From assembly GCA_046540175.1 (NCBI GenBank), contig JBKHFO010000003.1, forward strand, positions 1 through 43,841: a DNA stretch of 43,841 bases, given 5' to 3'. A program made the translations under genes and the position numbers. The stretch is from Candidatus Hydrogenedentota bacterium. GTDB taxonomy: Bacteria; Hydrogenedentota; Hydrogenedentia; Hydrogenedentales; SLHB01. Below, in pieces: positions 1 through 7,232 of the stretch (the stretch's first letter is position 1; the number at the start of each line of letters is the position of its first letter). The notes beneath the pieces were generated by a model. That model made no database searches. It was not told where the DNA came from and saw nothing but the letters and a program-made list of their open reading frames with translations.

Positions 1-14
1 AACCACCACGAAGT

Positions 15-43
15 AAGCCCCCGGGGAGGCCCCGGGGGCTTTT
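15..43. terminator. Rho-independent terminator-like hairpin, probably bidirectional
   Basis: Perfect 12-bp stem AAGCCCCCGGGG/CCCCGGGGGCTT with a 3-nt loop and a T run on +; lies about 65 bp past the PEP-CTERM stop. Confidence 0.7.
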
Positions 44-108
44 GGAGATTGATCTACCCCGCGGAGAGACGAGGTGTTTTCAAGCGCGAGGCGTAACGCC
101 GCTAGGTG

Positions 109-912
109 TTAGGCTTTCTTGCGGCTCATGAACCGCCGCGTGGCGAAGCCCGCCAAGCCAAGACCAAGCAACGTCATCGACGCCGGCTCGGGAACGACAT
201 GGACGCTCATGGCGAGATGGTCACGCCCTTCTGTCCAGGAACCATCGCTGCCGTTTTGGTCATCGCTCCAAAACTGAGCAAAGGGCAAATCTGCCTCACC
301 AATGCCCGGAGGTTCTACGCCAGCGAGCCACCGAATACGGTCTCCAGCTTCCCAGTACCCATTGCCATTATCGGCATTTGGGTTACCTGTAACACTCATC
401 CAATAGTCTCCCGATTCACCGGGGTCCCATGTCGAGTCGAAATTGCCGCCAATACGGAAGCCTGTAAAAGCCCCGAATTCCTCTTGAGATTCTCCAGACG
501 TCGGATTCCATTGGAAATCCGTTACAGTGGCGCTAAACACCGGGGAATCGTCATCCTCGGCCGGACTTCCCGAGTCGTCCGTATAGAAACTGAACGTGAA
601 ATCGTCGAACAGGTCGTCAAGATTCGCGTCATTCAACGAGTCGGACGTCGCAGTATCGATACCAGCCCAAAACGTCGCGCCGTTTATCGCTGGTGTGCCT
701 GCTTCCCAATTGAATGGAGATGCCCACGACTCCTCTCCAAGCTCCACGTTGGCCCTCGGAAAGTTTCTGCCGTCTTCTACTGGGACCCAGTCACGCTCGT
801 GGATCACCTCTCCACCGATAGGCGACGGTAAGTAGTTAGCGTCCGCAGGACCTGCGGCGAGAAACGCGCCCGCGAGGGCTAGCGTCATTACTGTTAGCAT
901 TTTCTTGTACAT
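109..912 (-). CDS. PEP-CTERM sorting-domain surface protein
   Basis: Signal peptide MYKKMLTVMTLALAGAFLAAGPADA; acidic body; C-terminal VPEPASMTLLGLGLAGFATRRFMSRKKA (PEP + TM + basic tail); AAGGAG RBS supports a start at 912 rather than 981. Confidence 0.93.
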   Translation of the reverse strand: MYKKMLTVMTLALAGAFLAAGPADANYLPSPIGGEVIHERDWVPVEDGRNFPRANVELGEESWASPFNWEAGTPAINGATFWAGIDTATSDSLNDANLDDLFDDFTFSFYTDDSGSPAEDDDSPVFSATVTDFQWNPTSGESQEEFGAFTGFRIGGNFDSTWDPGESGDYWMSVTGNPNADNGNGYWEAGDRIRWLAGVEPPGIGEADLPFAQFWSDDQNGSDGSWTEGRDHLAMSVHVVPEPASMTLLGLGLAGFATRRFMSRKKA

Positions 913-1169
913 TTGGTTCTCCTTATCGTTCGGTGTGAGTTGCCATTGCCGCGGCCACACCCCGATTGGGCCGCACTTCATTGCTCATGTGTTTCCCACC
1001 TCGCTCTCCCCGCGATGTGTGTTTAGCCTTCCGGTATCTTTGCCACTGCTACCTCCTTAGGTGGTACGTTGGCTCACTGGATAGGAACCGTGAACGCAAC
1101 GTAGCAGACCAAAATTCCCGCATCCCGGGACCGCTATGAGATGCGGACCCGTGACTACACCCTTAATGT

Positions 1170-1186
1170 AGCAAGGTTTATGCCAA
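1170..1186 (-). promoter_or_regulatory. Sigma54 -24/-12 promoter of the PEP-CTERM gene
   Basis: Minus strand TTGGCATAAACCTTGCT = TGGCA...TTGCT with exact GG-N10-GC spacing. Confidence 0.8.
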
Positions 1187-1204
1187 AACGAAGCTGTTGA
1201 TGCT

Positions 1205-1258
1205 AACCACAATATATAGTCACTTAACAAAGCACAACCACACTATATAGTGCTTAAC
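1205..1258. promoter_or_regulatory. Tandem operator-like repeats resembling NrdR boxes
   Basis: CCACAATATATAGTCA (1207-1222) and CCACACTATATAGTGC (1238-1253), 31 bp apart, each followed by CTTAAC. Confidence 0.45.
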
Positions 1259-1537
1259 GACCGATATAGTTATGGTCAGTGTCTACCAAAAGCCGTGTTA
1301 GGGTGGTAGGACTCCAGCCACTACTGAATGAGAGTTGTTCACAGGTGACAATATATTGCACACCCCCTTGGCGGCGTTTGGCAACGAAACGTTTTTTGCG
1401 GCGCACAGCCATCGTTAGGCGTGCCGAGCCTCCTTACGCGCTTGGTTCTTTCCGCCTTCGCCCCGCCGCCTTTCAGCAAACGCCGCGCCGGGGGCGCTTT
1501 TCGTGGCGCCGCGTTGTGGCGCCGCGTTGGGTAGGCT

Positions 1538-2488
1538 CTACAGGTTATGGCCGGCGGTGAGGCGTCCGCGCGAGGTGAAGACAGTGTCGCTGTAGTCGAG
1601 GCCGTCGGCGAGGGTTACGCCGGGCAGCACGACGCAGCGTTCGAGCCGGGCGGGCTTCGCGATGACGGCGCCATCGCCCACGACGGTCTCGGAGAGTTCG
1701 GTCCCCTCGGCGATCTGGCAGCCAAGGCCGGTCAGGCGGGAAACGCCGAGGCGGCGCAGTTGATGCCGGCAACAATCGATCAGGTCCCCGACGTAGGTGA
1801 TGTTCATGTCCCATTCCACCACCGAGCCGGCGTGGACGGGGTATTCGTAGTCGATGAGGATCTGGATGGAATCCGTGAGTTCGTACTCGTCGCGCATGGC
1901 CGTGCGGGGGGTTCGGCGGATGGCGTCGAAAATGGGCAGGTCAAAAAGGTAGATGCCGCATCCTTTGAGAAGGTTGGGGACATGGCGGGGTTTCTCGATC
2001 ACCCGGCGCACGGTTTCGTCGTCATTGAGCAGGACAGAGAAGTTGCGCTTGACAGCCTCCGGGTTCTCCTCTTCTTTCACGGCGACGACCGCCGTGGCGT
2101 CTTTCTGCTCCATGATATCGGCCATGGCGCACAGGCCGGGAACTTCGAAGAAGATGTCGCCAAGGATGAGCAGGAACGGGCGATCGATGAAGGGTTCCAC
2201 TTGGCCGACGGCGTGGGCGATCCCGAGGCGCTGATCCTGTTCGACATAACGGAGGCGCACCCCATACGCTTCCCCGTCGCCCAGCGTCCGGGTGATGACA
2301 TGGCCGAGGTGGCCAATGACCACGATAACCTCTTCGATCCCGAACCGCCGCATGTGTTCGAGATGATAGGCCAGAAGCGGTTTGTTGCAGATGGGCACGA
2401 CCGGTTTGGGCACTTCCTCGCCAAAGGGTCCCATGCGGGCGCCCTGGCCGGCGGCTAGAATCACGCCTTGATACGCTGGTTCGGTCAT
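1538..2488 (-). CDS. Sugar-phosphate nucleotidyltransferase (glucose-1-phosphate thymidylyltransferase-like) with LbH tail
   Basis: GVILAAGQGARM, PKP, EQ..LGIAHAV, LGD, EKP, RDEYELTD motifs; C-terminal hexapeptide-like repeats. Confidence 0.9.
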   Translation of the reverse strand: MTEPAYQGVILAAGQGARMGPFGEEVPKPVVPICNKPLLAYHLEHMRRFGIEEVIVVIGHLGHVITRTLGDGEAYGVRLRYVEQDQRLGIAHAVGQVEPFIDRPFLLILGDIFFEVPGLCAMADIMEQKDATAVVAVKEEENPEAVKRNFSVLLNDDETVRRVIEKPRHVPNLLKGCGIYLFDLPIFDAIRRTPRTAMRDEYELTDSIQILIDYEYPVHAGSVVEWDMNITYVGDLIDCCRHQLRRLGVSRLTGLGCQIAEGTELSETVVGDGAVIAKPARLERCVVLPGVTLADGLDYSDTVFTSRGRLTAGHNL

Positions 2489-2512
2489 GATGGGGACATT
2501 CCTTCGGGCGGG

Positions 2513-3124
2513 TTATCCCGCCAGCTTTCTTGTGATTTCCGCGACCCAGCGGCCTTGCGTGCGGGCGATGGCGAGTTCATTCTCGCTGGGCTGGCGCGAA
2601 CCGTCGCCTCGCGTTATCGTGCTTGCGCCATACGGGCTTCCGCCGGTGATTTCGTCCATGTTCACCAGCCGCTGCTCGGAGTACGGCACGCCGACGATAA
2701 TCATGCCATGATGGAGCAACGTGGTGTGGACACTGGTGAGCGTCGTTTCCTGGCCCCCGTGCTGCGAGGCCGTGCTGGTAAACACGCTGCCCACCTTCCC
2801 AATCAGCCCGCCGTTGGCCCACAGTGCGCCGGTTTGGTCGAGGAAGTTTCGCATCTGCGCGCACATGTTGCCAAAACGGGTGGGCGTCCCAAAGATAATC
2901 GCGTCCGCCTGGCTGAGTTGCGCTGGTTCCGCCGGGGGCACGTGGGCGAACGCTTGCCGGGCCTGCTTCGCGCCGGACCGCTCAAGGGCCTCGTCCGGCA
3001 TCAACTCGGCGACCTGATACAGATTCACCTCGGCGTCCGGATGTTCCCGCGCGCCTTCCGCCACCGCCTCCGCCATGGTGTACACATGCCCGTACATGCT
3101 GTAAAAAACGACGTCGATTCGCAT
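2513..3124 (-). CDS. wrbA: NAD(P)H:quinone oxidoreductase WrbA
   Basis: [38 protein letters not shown] motifs; start at MRIDVV. Confidence 0.96.
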   Translation of the reverse strand: MRIDVVFYSMYGHVYTMAEAVAEGAREHPDAEVNLYQVAELMPDEALERSGAKQARQAFAHVPPAEPAQLSQADAIIFGTPTRFGNMCAQMRNFLDQTGALWANGGLIGKVGSVFTSTASQHGGQETTLTSVHTTLLHHGMIIVGVPYSEQRLVNMDEITGGSPYGASTITRGDGSRQPSENELAIARTQGRWVAEITRKLAG

Positions 3125-3268
3125 CGGTATGTCCCCTTCCATTGTTCAGTGTTCCTGGGGTATCCACGCGTTGCGCGCGCCTAGACCCCAAGCTACTCGC
3201 TATCGCGCCTCTGGGGCGGACGTGGCCCGCCATCGGATCCAGGCGCCTCATCTCGAAAGGCGCCCTGA

Positions 3269-3473
3269 CTAGTGCTTGTTCTATTCCAAAATTGTGAGTA
3301 ATCCCGCCGCCCCTCGTCATCCCCGCGAAAGGGGATGACGGTGAGGTGCGCGGAATGGTGATTGTCAGGAACTCTCATGTGGTCCAATTGGCCTCACAGA
3401 AAGGTTCAAGGGGAGTATCGATCCTCTGTTTCAGCCGGCATGCTCCACAATTCTAGAATAGAAAGAGCACCAG
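3269..3473. mobile_element. Putative MITE (about 205 bp, non-autonomous)
   Basis: Imperfect 28-bp terminal inverted repeats CTAGTGCTTGTTCTATTCCAAAATTGTG vs CTGGTGCTCTTTCTATTCTAGAATTGTG (reverse complement of the right end; 23/28 identical); internal hairpin CGTCATCCCC-GCGAAA-GGGGATGACG at 3315-3340. Confidence 0.6.
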
Positions 3474-3478
3474 GGGGA

Positions 3479-4117
3479 TCACTTCAACGCATCCTTGGCC
3501 AGGCGGCTGGCGTCTCTCACGAGATGAGCCACTTCCTTGGCGTATTTGAGCACCTCCTCTAACCGGTCGTGATGGGGAAAATCGGGCGAGACATTCATGG
3601 CGATGATGTCGACCGACCCAAAGATTCCTTGCAAGGGGTTGCTTACCTGGTGGGAGAGTTTCGCGAAGGTTTGCAGCGCCTCCGTGGGAAGGCCGCCATG
3701 GGACTCAGCGGGTCCCTCTTCCGCCATCGGCGGCGGCATGCCGAGCGGCCGCACCGCCTCGATCCACGCCGCCAAGGTCACGTCATCGGCGGGCCAGCTC
3801 AACAGTCCCTTGGCGCCCGAAGCCATGGCCTGCCGCGCCAACGCAGGCCGACTGCCGGCCGGGGCGACCATGATGACTGGCGGCTGGAATTGGAGCGTGA
3901 AGCGGCTCAGCATCCGGCAAAACTCAAAACTGTCATCATCGAAACCTTCCGCCGCCAGAAAGAGCGCATCCAGTTCCGTGTAATCCCCAAGCGTCTCACG
4001 CGTTTTTTCGAAGCTATCGACCCAGCGCGCGGCGATTCGCAGCCTCGTTAGCGCCCGCTCAAGGGCGGACGCGCGCTCCCCATTTGGGTCTGCAATCAGG
4101 ACGGTTCCTCCCGTCAT
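3479..4117 (-). CDS. Receiver-like domain fused to HisKA (DHp) helix, no HATPase domain
   Basis: N-terminal VLIAD...PPVIMV...AMASGAKGLLSWP receiver fold; C-terminal H-box KLSHQVSNPLQGIFG. Confidence 0.75.
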   Translation of the reverse strand: MTGGTVLIADPNGERASALERALTRLRIAARWVDSFEKTRETLGDYTELDALFLAAEGFDDDSFEFCRMLSRFTLQFQPPVIMVAPAGSRPALARQAMASGAKGLLSWPADDVTLAAWIEAVRPLGMPPPMAEEGPAESHGGLPTEALQTFAKLSHQVSNPLQGIFGSVDIIAMNVSPDFPHHDRLEEVLKYAKEVAHLVRDASRLAKDALK

Positions 4118-4431
4118 TCTAGTGTTTTCGCCTTTCCATGAAAATGCTGGGTTCGTCTTCGCCCTGGCCGCCCCCCGAAGCTAGCCGGGGCAGGATGGGG
4201 TAAGAACGGTATCATTGTGAAGATATCGATGGCTCAAGTTCAAGCATCGCTTCACATCAGTATATACGAAAGGCAACCGCGCCACTACAAAACCCGTCTC
4301 TTTCCAGAGAATTCGCGCCCAGTTGGGGTTTATTCGAAACCAAGAACTGCGGTACGATCACCTGCTGGCGGCGTGGGCGCAAAACGCATGACCCGCAGCC
4401 AAAACAGAGGGTATACACGATAGGAAGGAGA

Positions 4432-5652
4432 TTGGTGATGTGGAACGGAGTCAGACTCTTGCGCATGAGCGCTGCCTGTCTCGCGGCGTTCGTATGTATA
4501 GCGGCCGCTGGCGGAGCCCCGCGCGTATTTCTTCATGACGCCGAGGCCCTTGAAACCCTACGCGAAGAAATCCAAGAAGGCGAGACGGAGTTCGACGCGG
4601 CGTTGGAGGAAGTGCGCGACGATGCGGAGGAGGCCCTCGAACGCGGCCCTTGGTCGGTGACGGATAAGGAGGAGACGCCGCCAAGCGGGGAGAAGCGCGA
4701 TTACATGAGTCAGGGACCGTATTGGTGGCCCAATCCAGACACGGAGGACGGCCTCCCCTACGTCCGCCGCGACGGCGAACGCAACCCCGAGACGGATGCC
4801 CTGGACCGGCGTCCCATGGGACGCATGATCAACGCCGTGGAGACCTTGGGCTGGGCCTACTATTTCACGGGCGAGGAGCGCTTTGCCGGCCGGGCCGCCC
4901 GCCTGTTGCGGACCTGGTTCCTCGACGAGGACACCGGAATGAATCCGCACCTCGAATACGGCCAACGGATACCCGGCCGGGTGGAAGGCCGGGGCATCGG
5001 CATCATCGACACGCGGGGCCTCGTCAATGTCGTGGAGGCGGTGGGCCTGCTGGCGGAATCGGACGCGTGGACGGATGACGATCAGGACGGACTGGAGCAG
5101 TGGTTCGAGCAGTACCTGGAATGGCTCATCGAAAGCGATCACGGCCAGGACGAACGGCGCCATCCCAACAATCACGGTACGTGGTATGACGTGCAAGTGG
5201 CCAGCTTCGCGCTCTTCACCGGGCAAGACGATGTAGCGCGGGAGGTGTTGGAAGAGAGCCGCGAGCGGCGAATTCAGGAACAATCCGAACCGGATGGCCG
5301 CCAGCCCCGGGAGTTAGACCGGACCCTGCCCTGGAGCTACAGCGTAATGAATCTACGAGGCTACATGGCCCTCGCGCACCTCGGCGAACGCGCCGGCGTG
5401 GACATCTGGGGTTGGGAAAGCGAGGAAGGCCACGGGCTGCGGCAAGCGCTGGAGTACCTGCTCCCCTACGCCACGGGAGAAGCGGAGTGGACCTACGAAG
5501 GAATCCGCGACCCTGATTTCAGCCGGCTCGCCCCGTTGCTCTGGAAGGCCGGCCTGGAATACGGAAGCGCCGAGTACAAGAAAATCGCCCGAGAACTTTT
5601 GGACGAGGAAGACTGGGAGACGGCCCGTTTCCGGCTCCACTATCCTGAGTAA
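4432..5652 (+). CDS. Secreted alginate lyase family protein (PL5-like)
   Basis: Signal peptide; DYMSQGPYWWP, RRDGERNP, MNPHLEYGQ, GIGIIDT, NNHGTWYDVQ, QPRELDRT motifs; start could also be 4438. Confidence 0.9.
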   Translation: MVMWNGVRLLRMSAACLAAFVCIAAAGGAPRVFLHDAEALETLREEIQEGETEFDAALEEVRDDAEEALERGPWSVTDKEETPPSGEKRDYMSQGPYWWPNPDTEDGLPYVRRDGERNPETDALDRRPMGRMINAVETLGWAYYFTGEERFAGRAARLLRTWFLDEDTGMNPHLEYGQRIPGRVEGRGIGIIDTRGLVNVVEAVGLLAESDAWTDDDQDGLEQWFEQYLEWLIESDHGQDERRHPNNHGTWYDVQVASFALFTGQDDVAREVLEESRERRIQEQSEPDGRQPRELDRTLPWSYSVMNLRGYMALAHLGERAGVDIWGWESEEGHGLRQALEYLLPYATGEAEWTYEGIRDPDFSRLAPLLWKAGLEYGSAEYKKIARELLDEEDWETARFRLHYPE

Positions 5653-6060
5653 CCAGGATCACGTCCGCTTACTTCATCGGCTAAGCCGCCTTCGCCGACG
5701 CCCACGCCACGTGGCTTAACATGAGGATTGGGCCACGTGGGGTCGAATACAAACACTATGCCAATTTAGGCGAGGCCCCCCATAGAATCGAGGCGCCCAT
5801 TTTCTAGCAATTGCTCATGAAGGGCGCCGCCGATTTTCGTCAAATACCAACGGGGTGTGTCACTTTTTGTTAGTGAGCGGTCATTACCTTGCAGGTGAGT
5901 CACATCACTCGTCCCGCGCCGTATCCTTCCGTTAACCCCTTTTCAAGACCAACATGAGCCGTAAAACGCTTTGTTGCCTCCCCCTTTGTTGCCTCCAATG
6001 AATTGATTGTATCTCCCCACGGGATTGCTGCGATCTCGCGGCGGGGGGGCGATTGCCCTA

Positions 6061-6077
6061 TTGGCGCCATTATTGCT
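6061..6077 (+). promoter_or_regulatory. Sigma54 promoter of the pilin-like operon
   Basis: TTGGCGCCATTATTGCT with exact GG-N10-GC spacing, about 110 bp before the first pilin start. Confidence 0.6.
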
Positions 6078-6184
6078 CCCTCTTATCAGAAAACTGGCGG
6101 CCGCGGCCCCCATGAAGTTCCACTTCAGGAGACTTGCACATGGTTCGAAAGACACTTTTTGGCATAGCGCTAAGACCGCCGGTA

Positions 6185-6619
6185 ATGCAGACGCAAAACC
6201 GGGGTCTTAAAGCAACCGGCCGGACCGGCCGGGATGGTTTCTCGCTTCTGGAAGTCATGATCGCGCTCGCCATTATCACCGCGGTTCTCGGCGCCACCGC
6301 CCAAGCACTCATAAGATTCCATACCCAAATCACATTTCAGCATCAAAGAGTCTCAGCCATGCAAAACTGCAGGAGCGTCTTGGACGAAATGCGTGCGCTG
6401 CGTGATCACTCCCCGGACGAGTTTCCCGAGAACATAACCGAACAGTGGACGGACGGCCTCGCCCTCGGCGACATCGGAACATTACCGAGCGAGGTTGTTA
6501 CGGTAACCTATCAAGACGCGAACGCCAATCCACTGGAAGTTCGGGTAACTAGCGAATGGCGAGATCCCCGAAACCGCGTGGTCTCTATCAGCTTATCCAC
6601 GGTGATCACCGATGAATAG
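6185..6619 (+). CDS. Type IV minor pilin / pseudopilin (PilV/GspI-like)
   Basis: Prepilin motif G|FSLLEVMIALAII with Glu5; C-terminal VRVTSEW beta pattern; start uncertain (6134-6185). Confidence 0.88.
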   Translation: MQTQNRGLKATGRTGRDGFSLLEVMIALAIITAVLGATAQALIRFHTQITFQHQRVSAMQNCRSVLDEMRALRDHSPDEFPENITEQWTDGLALGDIGTLPSEVVTVTYQDANANPLEVRVTSEWRDPRNRVVSISLSTVITDE

Positions 6620-7208
6620 GCCATGCGTAAAGCGAAACACGAACGGCTTTTCTCTTCTCGAGCTGATGCTATGCATCACCATACTGACCGTCCTGGGCGC
6701 GCTCATCTATATTGCGGCGAGAAGCTCATCCGCTTCCATTGGCGTATCTACGACCCAGGCCCATGTGCAAAATGAGGCGCGCAACGTGCTGCATGCGATT
6801 CGTCAAGAGATTCAACTGGCCGCGAAGCAGCCGAATTCCTCGCTTACTCCACCTCTCAACACGATACAGATACTCGAGAACCCAAGTGACAACTGCGCCT
6901 TGGAAGTACGTTTTCAAATCCCTCAAGACCATTCCGGAGATACGTGGAGCGAACCGATACGCTTTCGCCATCTCATGGAAGGCGACGTACTTTCCGGTGC
7001 AGGAAGAGGGCGAGTAGTCCGTGTGGAGCGAGTGAATGGCGTGGAACAAGAAACGCTTGTCGCGGGGGCAAACCGAATTGCGGAATTGAGCGTTGTGCGA
7101 GATGGACATGTCCTGACAATCTCGGTGACAGCCGTGCAATCGATTGGGCCCACCAATGGCGCGACCATTCGCGCTACCACCCGTGGGCGTGTATATCTCG
7201 TTAACTGA
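6612..7208 (+). CDS. Type IV minor pilin / pseudopilin (PilW/GspJ-like)
   Basis: G|FSLLELMLCITIL; overlaps the upstream stop; ends GRVYLVN. Confidence 0.88.
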   Translation: MNRPCVKRNTNGFSLLELMLCITILTVLGALIYIAARSSSASIGVSTTQAHVQNEARNVLHAIRQEIQLAAKQPNSSLTPPLNTIQILENPSDNCALEVRFQIPQDHSGDTWSEPIRFRHLMEGDVLSGAGRGRVVRVERVNGVEQETLVAGANRIAELSVVRDGHVLTISVTAVQSIGPTNGATIRATTRGRVYLVN

Positions 7209-7232
7209 TGGCTACCGTTGAAGGATAAAGCT

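Noticed and set aside
106-831. 241-aa plus-strand ORF, and similar long antisense ORFs (e.g. 1547-2458, 12784-13914, 15228-16445, 36041-36940, 37471-38406)
   Set aside because: Shadows of recognisable genes on the opposite strand, expected at high GC; no motifs
1015-1060. GGCAAA...CCGG...CTAA resembling a c-di-GMP-I riboswitch on the minus strand
   Set aside because: Lacks the GNRA-capped P2 stem and GCAAAG spacing; better explained as SD plus mini-ORF
3300-3420. Possible tRNA (GGTTCAAG T-loop-like motif)
   Set aside because: No cloverleaf or acceptor stem; lies inside the MITE
5747-5764. Minus-strand TGGCATAGTGTTTGT sigma54-like motif
   Set aside because: The -12 element is GT, and it points antisense into the lyase gene
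5969-5996. 13-bp direct repeat CTTTGTTGCCTCC x2
   Set aside because: Only two copies; could be slippage; no supporting evidence of function
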